Shown here: positions 52,135 through 64,000 of the stretch, in pieces
How the letters are laid out: the number at the start of each line of letters is the position of its first letter
Numbering within the stretch: the first letter of the stretch is position 1
Assembly: GCA_021815695.1 (NCBI GenBank)
Contig: JAKAZT010000001.1
Location: forward strand, 1,233-65,232
Direction of reading: 5' to 3'
From: Pseudomonadota bacterium
GTDB lineage: Bacteria > Pseudomonadota > Gammaproteobacteria > Xanthomonadales > Rhodanobacteraceae
Length of the DNA: 64,000 bases
The notes under the pieces: model-generated
What the model was told of the DNA's origin: nothing
The model's database searches: none
The model's input: the letters and a program-made list of their open reading frames with translations, nothing else
Position numbers and translations under genes: made by a program

Positions 52135-54615
52135 ATGCCCCTACTCAAGCGTCTGTTGCGCTACGCGCTGCTGCTCACCCTGCTCGGCGCCGTGCTGGGC
52201 ACGGCTGCGCTCGGCGTCGCCTACTGGATTCTCGCGCCGCGCCTGCCCTCGGTGGCCATACTGAAGGACGTCGAGATGCAGGTGCCGATGCGCGTGGTCA
52301 GCGCCGACGGCAAGCTGATCGCCACCTTCGGCGAAACCCGGCGCATCCCGGTGACGATCCAGCAGGTGCCCGCGCACGTCAAAGACGCCTTCCTGGCCGC
52401 CGAGGACGCCGATTTCTACCACCATCCCGGCGTCGACGTCTGGGGGACCCTGCGCGCCGCGCTGCATGTGCTGATCAGTGGCGGCGAAAAGGTCCAGGGC
52501 GGCAGCACCATCACCCAGCAGGTGGCGCGCAACTTCTTCCTCAGTCCGGAAAAAAGCTACACGCGCAAGCTGATGGAGTGGTTCCTGGCCTTTCGCATCG
52601 AGCACGAGCTGACCAAGGACGAGATCCTCGACCTTTACCTCAACAAGATCTTCCTCGGCCACCGGGCCTACGGCGTGGCCGCAGCCGCCGAGTACTACTA
52701 CGGCAAGACGCTCGACCAGCTGAGCATCGCCCAGTGCGCGATGCTGGCATCGCTGCCCAAGTTCCCATCGACCGGCAACCCGGTCACCAACCGCCCCAAG
52801 GCCGTCGAGCGACGCAACTACGTGCTGGGCCGCATGCTCGAGGTCGGCTTCATCAGCAAGGCGCAGTACGAGCAGGCCGTCCATGAACCGGATGACGCCT
52901 TCCCGCACGAGCCGCCGGTCCAGGTCGAAGCGCCCTACGTGGCCGAAATGGCGCGGCTGGCGGCGATCGCGCAGCTGGGCAATCGCGCGCTGACCGACGG
53001 CTATGTGGTCAAGACCACGATCGTCAGCAGCATCCAGAACGATGCCAACAACGCGGTGCGCTCGGAGCTGCTGGCCTACGATCACCGCCACGGCTGGCGC
53101 GGACCCGAAGCTCACGTCGAACTGCCGCCCGGCAGCGGACCGCAGGCGCGCAGTCGGGCACTCGCGGCGCTGTATCCGGTCGCCGGCCTGGTCCCGGGTA
53201 TCGTCAGCGAGAGTGATGCTGCGCGCGCGCATGTCTTCCTGGCGGACGGCCAGACCGTGGACCTTGATCTGGCGGCCGTCGCCTGGGCACGCCCCTACAT
53301 CAACGACAGCCGCATGGGGCTTGCGCCCAAACGCGTGGATCAGGTGCTCAAGCGCGGTGACGTGGTGCGCGTGGCGCTGGATGCCGATGGTCACTGGCAG
53401 CTGGCGCAATTGCCCAAGGCGCAGGCGGCGCTGGTAACGCTGCGCCCGGACGACGGCGCGATCGAAGCCCTGGTCGGTGGTTTCAGCTACACCCAGAGCA
53501 AGTTCAACCGCGCCACCCAGATCGCGCGGCAGCCCGGTTCCAGTTTCAAGCCGTTCCTTTACTCGGCCGCCTTCCAGCGCGGATTCACGCCGGCATCGAT
53601 CATCAATGATGCGCCGCTGGTGTTTGCCGATCCCTCGGCCAAGAACGGGGAATGGACGCCAGCCAACGACGACGACAAATTCGAAGGGCCGATGCGCCTG
53701 CGCGAAGCGCTGGCGCAGTCGAAGAATCTGGTGACCATTCGCCTGGTGGACGCCATCGGCGTGCCCTACGCACGCCAGTACGTGACGCGCTTCGGCTTCC
53801 GGCCCGACGCCATACCCGACAACCTCTCGCTGTCACTGGGCACGGCATCGGTCTCGCCGATGGAAATGGCACGTGGCTATGCCGTGTTCGCCAACGGCGG
53901 CTTTCTGGTGAATCCCTATTTCGTCAGCGAGATCGACGACCGCGACGGCAAGCCGGTGTACATCGCCAATCCGCCACGCGCCTGCCGCGACTGCCCGCAA
54001 CGCCTGCTGGCGGACGCCCAGGCCGGCGGAGCGCGCACCCCGACGACGGTCGCCAGCGCGCCCACGGCACCGGCACTGAGCAACGGCCTCAGTCAGCCGG
54101 CACCGTTGCAGGGTCCGGTGCCGCTGCGGCTGGCGCCGCGCGTGATCGGCCCACGCAATGACTACCTGATCGCTTCGCTGATGCAGAGCGTGATTCGTCA
54201 CGGTACCGGCGCGGCGGCCATGGCGCTGGGGCGCAGCGACCTTTCCGGCAAGACCGGCAGCACCAACGATTTCCGCGATGGCTGGTTCTCCGGGTTCAAC
54301 ACCGACATCGTCACCACCGTGTGGGTGGGCTTCGACGACTACGGCTCGCTCGGCCATGGCGAGTTCGGCGCGCGCACGGCGCTGCCGATCTGGATGCAGG
54401 TGATGGGCGACGCGCTGCAGGGCCGGCCGTCGGCGCCGCTGCCGATGCCGCCCGGCATCATTACCGCGCTGATCAACCGCGAGACCGGTCTGCCCGCCGC
54501 GGCCGATGATCCGCTGGCGATGCCGGAGATCTTCAGGGTCGAGGATTACGACCGCCTCAAGGCGCAGTCACCGATCACGCCGAAGCAGGACAAGAAAGCC
54601 TACGACGTCTTCTGA
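52135..54615 (+). CDS. mrcA: Penicillin-binding protein 1A
   Basis: EDADFY.H.G, GGSTITQQ, RKL.E, RQPGSSFKP (SxxK), SKN, KTGST; divergent from pilM. Confidence 0.96.
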   Translation: MPLLKRLLRYALLLTLLGAVLGTAALGVAYWILAPRLPSVAILKDVEMQVPMRVVSADGKLIATFGETRRIPVTIQQVPAHVKDAFLAAEDADFYHHPGVDVWGTLRAALHVLISGGEKVQGGSTITQQVARNFFLSPEKSYTRKLMEWFLAFRIEHELTKDEILDLYLNKIFLGHRAYGVAAAAEYYYGKTLDQLSIAQCAMLASLPKFPSTGNPVTNRPKAVERRNYVLGRMLEVGFISKAQYEQAVHEPDDAFPHEPPVQVEAPYVAEMARLAAIAQLGNRALTDGYVVKTTIVSSIQNDANNAVRSELLAYDHRHGWRGPEAHVELPPGSGPQARSRALAALYPVAGLVPGIVSESDAARAHVFLADGQTVDLDLAAVAWARPYINDSRMGLAPKRVDQVLKRGDVVRVALDADGHWQLAQLPKAQAALVTLRPDDGAIEALVGGFSYTQSKFNRATQIARQPGSSFKPFLYSAAFQRGFTPASIINDAPLVFADPSAKNGEWTPANDDDKFEGPMRLREALAQSKNLVTIRLVDAIGVPYARQYVTRFGFRPDAIPDNLSLSLGTASVSPMEMARGYAVFANGGFLVNPYFVSEIDDRDGKPVYIANPPRACRDCPQRLLADAQAGGARTPTTVASAPTAPALSNGLSQPAPLQGPVPLRLAPRVIGPRNDYLIASLMQSVIRHGTGAAAMALGRSDLSGKTGSTNDFRDGWFSGFNTDIVTTVWVGFDDYGSLGHGEFGARTALPIWMQVMGDALQGRPSAPLPMPPGIITALINRETGLPAAADDPLAMPEIFRVEDYDRLKAQSPITPKQDKKAYDVF

Positions 54616-55283
54616 TGGCGCGCGGCAGGCATTCCTCCCGGCAACAGGGGACCGACCGCCAGCAGCAGCGGCGCCGCGTTGCGCTGGAGGCTGCGCGCCT
54701 GATCAGCGAGCACGGCATCCGCGATTATGGTCACGCCAAGCGGCGCGCCGCCGATCGCCTCGGCATCTGGGACGAGCAGGCGCTGCCGCGCAACACCGAG
54801 ATCGAGGACGCCCTGCGCGAACACCAGCGTTTGTTCCAGGCCGCCTCGCAGCCCCAGGCTCTGCGGGCACGCCGCGAGGGGGCGCGGGCGGCGATGCGGT
54901 TTTTGGCCCGCTTCGAGCCGCGTCTGGTCGGCGCCGTGCTCGAGGGCACCGCCGACGTGCATTCGGCCATCTGCCTGCACGTCTTCAGCGACGATCCCGA
55001 TGCCGTCGCGCTGTTTCTCGGCGAACGCGGCGTGAGCGCCGAAACGCAGTCCCGCCGCGTCCGACTCGACCGTGAACGCGAGCTGCTGGCGCCCGTGCTG
55101 CTGTTCGCTGCCGACGATCTGGACTTCGACCTGACCGTGCTGCCGCCGGACGCGCTGCGTCAGGCGCCGCTGGACTCCATCGACGGTCGCCCGCTCGCCC
55201 GCGCCTCCCTCGCCGAGCTGGATGCGCTGCTGCGGGAAAGCGCTGACGGCGGCACCCGGCCTGCGCGCGACGAGCCGGGCTGA
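54615..55283 (+). CDS. Conserved hypothetical protein (degenerate nucleotidyltransferase-like fold)
   Basis: AARLI.E.G..DY..AK.RAA, LP.N.EIE, F.PRLVG.VL.GTA..HS.I.LH.F; TGATG overlap with mrcA. Confidence 0.8.
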   Translation: MARGRHSSRQQGTDRQQQRRRVALEAARLISEHGIRDYGHAKRRAADRLGIWDEQALPRNTEIEDALREHQRLFQAASQPQALRARREGARAAMRFLARFEPRLVGAVLEGTADVHSAICLHVFSDDPDAVALFLGERGVSAETQSRRVRLDRERELLAPVLLFAADDLDFDLTVLPPDALRQAPLDSIDGRPLARASLAELDALLRESADGGTRPARDEPG

Positions 55284-55361
55284 TCGGCCGCGCCACCGGT
55301 GCGGCGCAGGAATCCTGCCCGATCGGCAGCACGGACCATGGCGATCCCGACCCGGAAACGG

Positions 55362-55386
55362 CAAGCCCCGGGCAGGCCGGGGCTTG
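55362..55386. terminator. Hairpin between convergent genes (gltA terminator)
   Basis: CAAGCCCCGG-GCAGG-CCGGGGCTTG, 10-bp stem. Confidence 0.6.
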
Positions 55387-55417
55387 GCTGACGCAACGCG
55401 GGCGGTGACACCGCGAT

Positions 55418-56710
<1,293 letters not shown>

Positions 56711-56934
56711 GGCAGACTCCTGGCTGCGGGCACCGGATCCGCTGGGGCGCGGCGGCGCCGGGTGGGACAAGTCAGATTGCGCGGGCCGCGGCGCGCGGCA
56801 CGTGGAACGCAAGTTTCAAACTCGCGTTCGGGCGGCCGGAATTATGGCACAGCGGTGGCATGCGGACGTGGCGCGAAACCGCCTCGAAGAGGCACGTCAG
56901 GCGGCAGCGCGCGGGGCATCGCGCCCCGCGGCAG

Positions 56935-57186
56935 TTACTTCTTGGCGCCGGCGTAGCGGCGGCGGAACTTGTCCACGCGGCCGGCCGAATCGACGATCTT
57001 GTGCTGGCCGGTGTAGAACGGGTGCGAGGCGCTGGAGATTTCCACCTTGATCAGCGGATACTCGTTGCCGTCCTCCCACTTGACCGTTTCCTTGCTGGTC
57101 ATGGTCGAGCGGGTGAGGAAGGCGAAATTGGCGGTCATGTCGTGGAACACGACCTGCTGATACGGCGGATGGACGTCGGACTTCAT
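56935..57186 (-). CDS. rpmE2: 50S ribosomal protein L31 type B
   Basis: [32 protein letters not shown]; no CxC/CxxC zinc ligands. Confidence 0.96.
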   Translation of the reverse strand: MKSDVHPPYQQVVFHDMTANFAFLTRSTMTSKETVKWEDGNEYPLIKVEISSASHPFYTGQHKIVDSAGRVDKFRRRYAGAKK

Positions 57187-57252
57187 GGCGGGTCCTGCAA
57201 GACCGGGAAAGACCGCGATTGTAGCCCGGAGCCGCCACGGCGGGCAATTGGC

Positions 57253-58179
57253 TCACGCAATGGCGCCCAGCGCGCTCGCGACCAGGGCCTCGAAGCGCGC
57301 CTGATCCACGGCCATGACGATGCGTGCATTGGCGCTGGCGCTGCCGCGCCGTTCCCAGTCCACGATGGTGCTGCCGCGGGTCAGCGTGCCGTCGAGTTCC
57401 ACCGCCACATGACGCTCCTCGCCCGCGGTCACCAGACCCGGCTCGAGCGCCACCGCCATCGCCAGCGCATCGGCCGCGAGCAAGCCCGTGCGGCCTCGAG
57501 CGCGGCTGAAGCTGCGTACCTTGCGCGAAATCGCCGCATAGAAGCGCGCACGCGGATCATCCGTCGCCAGCCAGGCTTCGCAGCGCGCGAAATCGAGCGC
57601 GTGGCGCACGGTCAGCTCCCAGTCGACCAGTTCGAGCCGCGGCCAGGCGCCGAAGACGATCGCCGCCGCCTCGGGATCGAAGCCGACATTGAACTCGGCC
57701 GCCAGCGTGGTATTGCCGCGGCCGCTGACCGCCCCGCCCATCACCACCAGGCGCGGAACACGTTGCGGCAGCGTCGGGTCGAGCCGCAGCGCCAGCGCCA
57801 GATTGGTCAGCGGCGCCAGGGCGACGATGGTCATTTCGCCGGCATGCTCGCGACTGATCCGCAGCATCGCCAGCGCGGCATGCTCGCTGGCAGCGATGCG
57901 CCGCGAGGGGAGATAGCCGGTATCGCCGAAGCCGTCCGCGCCATGGACGTGGGCGGCGTCGGCGGCCGCCCGCACCAGCGGCAGCGGGCAACCGGCGAAT
58001 ACCGGGATATCGGCGCCGAGGACATCGCAGAGCTTGAGCGCGTTTGCCACGGTGCGATCGAGACCGACATTGCCGGCGGCAATGCTCAGGCCCGCGATGC
58101 GGCCATGGCGATGCGCCATCAGGATCGCCAGCGCGTCATCCACGCCGGGGTCGGTATCGATCAGCAGCCATGGCTTCAC
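57253..58179 (-). CDS. Inosine/uridine-preferring nucleoside hydrolase
   Basis: IDTDPGVDDA, GNV, VHG.DGFG, PLTNLA, MGG, AEFN...DPEAA. Confidence 0.94.
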   Translation of the reverse strand: MKPWLLIDTDPGVDDALAILMAHRHGRIAGLSIAAGNVGLDRTVANALKLCDVLGADIPVFAGCPLPLVRAAADAAHVHGADGFGDTGYLPSRRIAASEHAALAMLRISREHAGEMTIVALAPLTNLALALRLDPTLPQRVPRLVVMGGAVSGRGNTTLAAEFNVGFDPEAAAIVFGAWPRLELVDWELTVRHALDFARCEAWLATDDPRARFYAAISRKVRSFSRARGRTGLLAADALAMAVALEPGLVTAGEERHVAVELDGTLTRGSTIVDWERRGSASANARIVMAVDQARFEALVASALGAIA

Positions 58180-58209
58180 GGTGCACCCTCTGCGGAAGCG
58201 GTCATTCGC

Positions 58210-60318
58210 TCAAGCCTGCGCGAATCGCGCGGTACCGCCGACCCAGCGCGCCTGCAGGCGATCGGCGGCATCGGGATACTCGGCCAGCAACACATCGGCG
58301 ACGTGGCGCACCGCGGGCAGCAGATCGGCATCGCGCAGCAGATCGGCGACGCGAAAGGCCATGTCGCCGGTCTGGCGCGTGCCCAGCACCTCGCCGGGAC
58401 CACGCAGCTCGAGATCCTTTTCCGCGATGCGAAAGCCGTCAGCGGTCGCGCGCAGCACGGCCAGGCGCTCGCGCGCCAGCGCCGACAGCGGCGTGCGATA
58501 GAGCAGCACGCAGCTGGACGCGGTGCCGCCGCGACCGACGCGGCCGCGCAACTGGTGCAGTTGCGCCAGCCCAAGACGCTCGGCGTTCTCGATCACCATC
58601 AAGCTGGCGTTGGGCACATCGACACCGACCTCGATCACCGTCGTCGCCACCAGCAGCGCGACGGCACCCGCCTTGAATGCCTGCATCACCGCCTGCTTTC
58701 CGGCCGCCTTCAGGCGACCGTGCACCAGCGCGACGGCAAGTCCGGGCAGCGCAGCGGAAAGCTCGGCATACGCCACCTCGGCGGCCTGCGCGGCCAACTG
58801 CTCGTTCTCCTCGATCAGCGTGCAGACCCAGTAGGCCTGGCGCCCGGCCGCGCAGGCCTCGCGGATGCGCCCGATCACCTCGGCGCGACGACGGTCGGCG
58901 ATCGCCACCGTGTGCACCGGGCTGCGCCCGGGCGGGAGTTCGTCGATCACCGAGACATCGAGGTCGGCGCAGGCGGTCATCGCCAACGTGCGCGGGATCG
59001 GCGTCGCGGTCAGTACCAGCTGGTGCGGCATCCGGCCCCCGCCGCACCCTTTTTCGCTCAGCGCCAGACGCTGATGCACGCCGAAACGATGCTGCTCGTC
59101 GATGATCGCCAACCCCAGTCGCGCGAAGCGCACGCCTTCCTGCATCAGCGCGTGCGTGCCGACGACCACCGCGGCACCCGATGCGACCCGCGCCAGGGCC
59201 GCCTGGCGTGCGCGACCCTGCACCTTGCCGGCCAGCCAGGCGACCTCGAGACCCAGCGGCTCGAACCAGGCGCGCAGGTTGAGCAGATGCTGCTCGGCCA
59301 GCAGTTCGGTCGGTGCCATCAGCGCCACCTGATAGCCGGCCGCCACCGTGGCCAGGGCCGCCTGCGCCGCGACGACGGTTTTGCCGCTGCCGACGTCGCC
59401 CTGCACCAGCCGCAGCATCGGCACCGGCGTGGCCAGATCGCGCGCGATCTCGGCGCTGACGCGCCGCTGCGCGGCGGTCAGCGTGAATGCCAGTCCGCGT
59501 TCGAAGGCGGCGTTCAGCCGGTCGTCGCCGCTCAGCACGGGCGCCGACTGCGCGCGCACGCGCTGGCGCAGACGACGCAGACCGATGTGGTGGGCCAGCA
59601 GTTCCTCGAAGGCCAGCCGCCGTTGCGCCGGATGCGTTCCGGCTCGCAGCGCGTCGAGGTCGGCGTCAACCGACGGACGATGCACCTCGAGCAGCGCCGC
59701 GCGCAGCGGGATCAGCTGCAGCGGCGCGCGCAAGCCGGCCGGAATCAGCTCCAGTTCGGCATCAGCGGGCAGCCGGTCGAGCGCACGCGCAACCGTACCG
59801 GCGAGACGTCGCGGACCGATCGCCTCGGCAGCCGGGTACACCGGCGTCAGGCGCTCGTCCAGCGCCGGCGCCGCCGCGACATCGACGCGGCGGTACTGCG
59901 GATGCACGATCTCCGGACCGTGCGCGCCATGGCGCACTTCACCGTAGCAGCGCAGCCGCTGGCCGGGAGCGAACTGCTCGGCCTGGCTGCGGCTGAAGTG
60001 GATGAAACGCAGCAGCAGGGTGGCGCCCGACTCGTCGTCCAGCGCCACCCGCAACTGTGGACGAAAGCGGAAGCTGCGCTCGACCGCCGACACCGTGCCC
60101 TCGACCTGCGCGCGCTGTCCCGGCAGCAGCCCGGCAATCGCGGTGATGCGCGTCCGGTCCTCGTAGCGCAGCGGCAGGTGGAACCACAGGTCCTGCACGC
60201 GTTCCAGTCCGCGCTGCGCCAGCGCGGCGGCCAGTGCCGGACCGACTCCGTGCAGGGTCGCCAGCGGCTGCTCCGCCGCCGGACCGACGGTGGATGCGGC
60301 AGGCGCAGCGGCGCTCAT
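58210..60318 (-). CDS. recG: ATP-dependent DNA helicase RecG
   Basis: GDVGSGKT, APTELLA.QH, DEQHRFG, TATPIPRTL, QLRGRVGRG, DL.LRGPGE..G..QTG. Confidence 0.98.
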   Translation of the reverse strand: MSAAAPAASTVGPAAEQPLATLHGVGPALAAALAQRGLERVQDLWFHLPLRYEDRTRITAIAGLLPGQRAQVEGTVSAVERSFRFRPQLRVALDDESGATLLLRFIHFSRSQAEQFAPGQRLRCYGEVRHGAHGPEIVHPQYRRVDVAAAPALDERLTPVYPAAEAIGPRRLAGTVARALDRLPADAELELIPAGLRAPLQLIPLRAALLEVHRPSVDADLDALRAGTHPAQRRLAFEELLAHHIGLRRLRQRVRAQSAPVLSGDDRLNAAFERGLAFTLTAAQRRVSAEIARDLATPVPMLRLVQGDVGSGKTVVAAQAALATVAAGYQVALMAPTELLAEQHLLNLRAWFEPLGLEVAWLAGKVQGRARQAALARVASGAAVVVGTHALMQEGVRFARLGLAIIDEQHRFGVHQRLALSEKGCGGGRMPHQLVLTATPIPRTLAMTACADLDVSVIDELPPGRSPVHTVAIADRRRAEVIGRIREACAAGRQAYWVCTLIEENEQLAAQAAEVAYAELSAALPGLAVALVHGRLKAAGKQAVMQAFKAGAVALLVATTVIEVGVDVPNASLMVIENAERLGLAQLHQLRGRVGRGGTASSCVLLYRTPLSALARERLAVLRATADGFRIAEKDLELRGPGEVLGTRQTGDMAFRVADLLRDADLLPAVRHVADVLLAEYPDAADRLQARWVGGTARFAQA

Positions 60319-60330
60319 GCGCGGGCAGCC

Positions 60331-60714
60331 TCAGCCCAGCACCAGCACGGCCTCGATCTCGACCGCCGCGCCGCGCGGCAGCGCCGCGACACCGACGGTC
60401 GCGCGCGCCGGATACGGCGGCGCAAAGTACTCCGCCATCACCGCGTTGACGGCCGCGAAGTGCCCGAGATCGACGAGGTAGATGCCGATGCGCACGGCGT
60501 CCGCCAGCGAGCCGCCGGCCGCCTCGGCCACCGCCGCGAGATTGTCGAAGCAGCGGCGCGTCTGCGCAGCGATGTCGCCCGCCACCAGCACACCGCTCAG
60601 CGGGTCGAGCGGGATCTGCCCCGAGAGATACACCGTCCGGGCTGCGCGCACGGCCTGCGAGTAGGGGCCGATCGCGGCGGGAGCGCGATCGGTCGCGATG
60701 ATGCTGCGGTCCAT
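60331..60714 (-). CDS. RidA-family reactive intermediate deaminase
   Basis: [39 protein letters not shown]. Confidence 0.95.
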   Translation of the reverse strand: MDRSIIATDRAPAAIGPYSQAVRAARTVYLSGQIPLDPLSGVLVAGDIAAQTRRCFDNLAAVAEAAGGSLADAVRIGIYLVDLGHFAAVNAVMAEYFAPPYPARATVGVAALPRGAAVEIEAVLVLG

Positions 60715-60772
60715 GGTCGGAACTCCGGTGGCTGGAGTGCCAGCATACGCAAGGCGCCCGGCGCGGGAAACG

Positions 60773-62935
60773 TCAGACCGGATGGCGATAGACGCCATGC
60801 ACCACCGGCGCACGGCGCACGCGACGCATGACGTCGGCGAGGTTCTTGCGGTTCTTCACCTCGATGGTGAACAGCAACGTCGCGGCCGTGCTGTCGCGCT
60901 CGCTGTACTCGACGTTCTCGATGTTGGAGCCCGCTTCCGCGATCGCCGCGGCGACCGTGGCCAGCACGCCGGGCCGGTTGAGCACCTCGATGCGCAGCTG
61001 CACCTTGTAGTCACCCTGCACGCGGTGGTCCCAGTCGATCTCGATGCAGCGCTCGGGCGTCTTGCGCAACTCGGCGGCATTCGGGCACTCGAGCCGGTGC
61101 ACGACGATGCCCTTGCCGGTGGACAGGTAGCCGAAAATCGCATCGCCCGGCAGCGGATGGCAGCAGTTGCCGAAGCTGAGCACGCCGCGTTCCGCACCGG
61201 TGATGGTGATCTTCTCGCGCGCGTGCGGCGCGCTGCGGGCAGCCGCCGGACCGGCGGCGGCCAGCAGTTGCAATGCGATCTGATCGGGCATGCGGTTGCC
61301 CAGCGCGATCTCGGCCAGCAGTTCCTCCAGGCGCCGGTAGCGGCTGTCTTCGAGAAAGCGCTGCAGCACCGCAGGCGGAATCGTGTCGAGGCTGGTCGAG
61401 AGCGCCGACAGCGCGCGATCGAGCATGCGATGGCCGAAATCGACGGCGTCCTCGTGCTGCAGCTTTTTCAGGTGATTGCGGATGGCGGTTCGCGCCTTGC
61501 CGCTGACCACGAATTCCAGCCACTGGGGGCTGGGCTGCGCCGATGGGGCGGTGACGATCTCGACACTCTGACCGGAGGACAGCCGCGTGCGCAGGGGCGC
61601 GAAACCGCCGTCAACGCGCGCCGCGACGGCATGATCGCCGACGTCGGTATGGACCGCATAGGCGAAATCGAGCGCGGTGGCGTTGCGCGGCAGCGAGAGG
61701 ATGTCGCCGCGCGGCGTGAACAGATAGACCTCATCCGGAAACAGGTCGATCTTGACGTTCTCGATGAACTCCAGCGAAGACGCCGTCGCCGCCTCGCGAT
61801 CAGCCAGCCCGGCGATCCATTCGCGCGCACGCGCCTGGGCGCCATTGGGCGGCTGCGACTCGGTCTTGTAGGCCCAGTGCGCGGCAATGCCTCGCTCGGC
61901 GATCGCGTCCATGTCCTCGGTGCGGATCTGGATCTCGATCGGCGCACCGAACGGCCCGAACAGCACGGTATGCAACGACTGGTAGCCGTTGGCCTTGGGA
62001 ATCGCGATGAAATCCTTGAAGCGCGCATCCAGCGGCTTGTACAGCGCGTGCACCGCGCCCAGCGCCTGATAACAGCGCGTCACGCTGTCGGTGACGATGC
62101 GGAAACCGAATACATCCATCACCTGCGCAAACGACTTGTGCTCGGCGTGCATCTTGGCGTACACGCTCCACGGCGCCTTGATCCGGCTGACCAGTCGTGC
62201 CGCGATGCCCTCGGCCGCGAGACGCTCGGCCAGGGCGGTTTCGATCTTCGCCATCGCCTCGCGCCGATTGCCCAGCGCCGCGTGAATGCGCGCGCCGATC
62301 ACGCGATGGCGACCGGGATGGAGCGCCCGGAAGCCGAGATCCTGCAACTCGGACTTGACCAGGTTCATGCCCAGCCGCTGCGCGATCGGCGCATAGATCT
62401 CCAGCGTCTCGTCGGCGATGCGCCGGCGCGCATCGGCGTCCTTGGCATCGAGCGTGCGCATGTTGTGCAGGCGATCGGCCAGCTTGATCAGGATCACGCG
62501 CAGGTCGCGCGCCATCGCCAGCAGCATCTTGCGGAAGCTTTCGGCGGTGGCCTCCTGGCGACTGGCGAAGCGCACCTTGTCCAGCTTGGTCACGCCGTCG
62601 ACCAGTTCGGCGACGACGCTGCCGAACTCGGCCTCCATCGCCGTGCGGTCGAAGGCGGTGTCCTCGAGGGTGTCGTGCAGGATCGCGGCGATGATCGTTT
62701 CCGCATCCATGCGCTGATCGGCAAGCAGGCCCGCGACCGCAACCGGATGCGTGATGTAGGGCTCGCCGCTGAGCCGGGTCTGCCCGGCATGCGCCTCGGC
62801 GCCACGCCGGAACGCGCCGCGCACACGCAGGATCTGTTCGGCAGGCAGGTACGACGCGAGCTTGGATTCCAGCGCGCGCACATACTCGGGAACCGGACCG
62901 GCGCCCGCGCGCGTCAGATTCGCGGCCGCCTCCAT
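60773..62935 (-). CDS. spoT: Bifunctional (p)ppGpp synthetase/hydrolase SpoT
   Basis: HAGQ.R.SGEPY..HP, LHDTLED (HD), [27 protein letters not shown] and ACT domains. Confidence 0.97.
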   Translation of the reverse strand: MEAAANLTRAGAGPVPEYVRALESKLASYLPAEQILRVRGAFRRGAEAHAGQTRLSGEPYITHPVAVAGLLADQRMDAETIIAAILHDTLEDTAFDRTAMEAEFGSVVAELVDGVTKLDKVRFASRQEATAESFRKMLLAMARDLRVILIKLADRLHNMRTLDAKDADARRRIADETLEIYAPIAQRLGMNLVKSELQDLGFRALHPGRHRVIGARIHAALGNRREAMAKIETALAERLAAEGIAARLVSRIKAPWSVYAKMHAEHKSFAQVMDVFGFRIVTDSVTRCYQALGAVHALYKPLDARFKDFIAIPKANGYQSLHTVLFGPFGAPIEIQIRTEDMDAIAERGIAAHWAYKTESQPPNGAQARAREWIAGLADREAATASSLEFIENVKIDLFPDEVYLFTPRGDILSLPRNATALDFAYAVHTDVGDHAVAARVDGGFAPLRTRLSSGQSVEIVTAPSAQPSPQWLEFVVSGKARTAIRNHLKKLQHEDAVDFGHRMLDRALSALSTSLDTIPPAVLQRFLEDSRYRRLEELLAEIALGNRMPDQIALQLLAAAGPAAARSAPHAREKITITGAERGVLSFGNCCHPLPGDAIFGYLSTGKGIVVHRLECPNAAELRKTPERCIEIDWDHRVQGDYKVQLRIEVLNRPGVLATVAAAIAEAGSNIENVEYSERDSTAATLLFTIEVKNRKNLADVMRRVRRAPVVHGVYRHPV

Positions 62936-62995
62936 TCGCGTCCGGGCCGCCGGCTCAGGCGGCCTCCGCGCGTGGACAGCGACCGTCGGAAGGCA

Positions 62996-63292
62996 TCAGT
63001 CGTCCCCGCCCTTGGACAGATCGTCGTCGGCGGCGACCTCGGCGGCAGCCCACTCCAGCGCCTCGCGCTCGGCACGCTCGCGCTCGATGCGCTCGATCTC
63101 GTCGATCGTGGTCTGGTCGATGCGACGTTCGCCGATCTCGCGCAGCGCCACCACGGTCGGCTTGTCGTGCTGCGGCTCGACCCGCGGCTCGGCGCCCTTG
63201 GACAGCTGGCGCGCGCGCTTGGTCGCCATCAACACCAGTTCGAAACGGTTGTCGACGACCTCGAGACAGTCTTCTACGGTAATGCGTGCCAT
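62996..63292 (-). CDS. rpoZ: RNA polymerase omega subunit
   Basis: [34 protein letters not shown]. Confidence 0.98.
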   Translation of the reverse strand: MARITVEDCLEVVDNRFELVLMATKRARQLSKGAEPRVEPQHDKPTVVALREIGERRIDQTTIDEIERIERERAEREALEWAAAEVAADDDLSKGGDD

Positions 63293-63456
63293 TTCAAAAC
63301 CTTTTAGTTACAGAAACTTAAATGGGCTGCAAGTGTACCGGCGCGCGGACGGTGCTGGCAATGCGCGCGCCGGCGCCGATTTCATCAATGCCCGCCACGA
63401 TGGTGTACTTGATAGTTTATTATGGCCTCCCCTGACCGCCCGCAACCGGATCCCCC

Positions 63457-64000
63457 ATGCCCATGTTGCCCCGCCCGCGCCTGCTCGACCGCACTGCGCT
63501 GGCCGTCGCCCTGCTCGCTCTTGCCGGCTGCGCCATCCAGCCGCCCAGGACCGAGGATCCGTGGCAGCACTTCAATCGCAAGACCTTCGCCTTCAACGAG
63601 AAGGTCGACAAGGCCGTGGTGCGGCCGGTTGCCGTGGGCTACCGCAAGATCACCACGGCGACGATGCGCAAACTGATCGGCAACTTCTATTCCAACATCG
63701 AGCTGCCGGTGAGCATCGTCAACGACCTGCTGCAGGTGCGCCCGGTGGGTGCGGCGCGCAATACCGGGCGTTTCGCCGTCAACACCACGATCGGCCTGCT
63801 GGGCTTTTTCGATCCCGCCAGCGAGCTCGGCCTGACCCTGGACAAGACCGACTTCGGCGTGACCCTGGCGCGCTGGGGCGTGCCCGACGGGCCCTACATG
63901 GTGCTGCCGCTGCTGGGCCCGACCACGGTCCGCGATGTCTGGGCGTGGCCGGTGGACAGCTATCTGCTCGATCCGATGTCCTGGTACGCGCGCGAGCACC
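63457..64000 (+). CDS. MlaA/VacJ-family lipoprotein (3' end runs off the window)
   Basis: Plus frame reads ..LLALAGC..EDPWQHFNRKTFAFNEKVD..VVRPVA.GY, NTTIGLLGFFDPA, DFG.TL..WG...GPY.VLP.LGP.TVRD. Start ATG 63457 or 63463. Confidence 0.93.
   Translation, partial: MPMLPRPRLLDRTALAVALLALAGCAIQPPRTEDPWQHFNRKTFAFNEKVDKAVVRPVAVGYRKITTATMRKLIGNFYSNIELPVSIVNDLLQVRPVGAARNTGRFAVNTTIGLLGFFDPASELGLTLDKTDFGVTLARWGVPDGPYMVLPLLGPTTVRDVWAWPVDSYLLDPMSWYAREH

Noticed and set aside
57187-57252. Zur box upstream of the zinc-free L31 gene
   Set aside because: No AT-rich GTTAT-N-ATAAC palindrome; only a -10-like TACAAT is seen.

Overview
GC-rich (~70%) core-chromosome window from a Lysobacterales/Xanthomonadales bacterium, most like Rhodanobacteraceae (judged from gene content and order). 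Housekeeping content: gcvT (partial), an MlaEFD/PqiC-type ABC operon, amtB, an AlkB-family gene, rnpB, thiS, tRNA-Gly(CCC), rimK, a ColRS-like two-component pair, ilvE, metK-[SAH riboswitch]-ahcY-metF, dusB, a TPR-GGEEF diguanylate cyclase, rbsK/NupC, yraN-lpoA-rsmI, thiG-trmB-SLC13, an Ada/Ogt-family gene, yedA, a MacB-type ABC exporter, mscL, pilMNOPQ, mrcA, gltA, rpmE2, recG, RidA, spoT, rpoZ and MlaA (partial). No integrase, transposase, prophage or CRISPR array was seen. The most notable signals are: (1) a BlaI + M56-peptidase/TonB_C sensor locus in which the sensor tail (C-RIVTGSHI-C) and the upstream secreted protein (C-QREMPTGSHLPKTV-C) both carry a Cys-flanked TonB-box-like TGSH motif, behind a palindromic operator overlapping a sigma70 -35; (2) a family of inverted heptamer-repeat cassettes, one enclosing an internally deleted four-helix-bundle gene and contributing the MetF N-terminus, plus empty copies; (3) gene order suggesting a ~25-kb inversion that separated thiS from thiG and rsmI from rnpB; (4) an sX9-like sRNA whose C-rich loop is complementary to the pilQ ribosome-binding region; (5) a candidate multi-stem RNA ahead of the diguanylate cyclase. 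All calls come from reading the sequence; no database searches were run.
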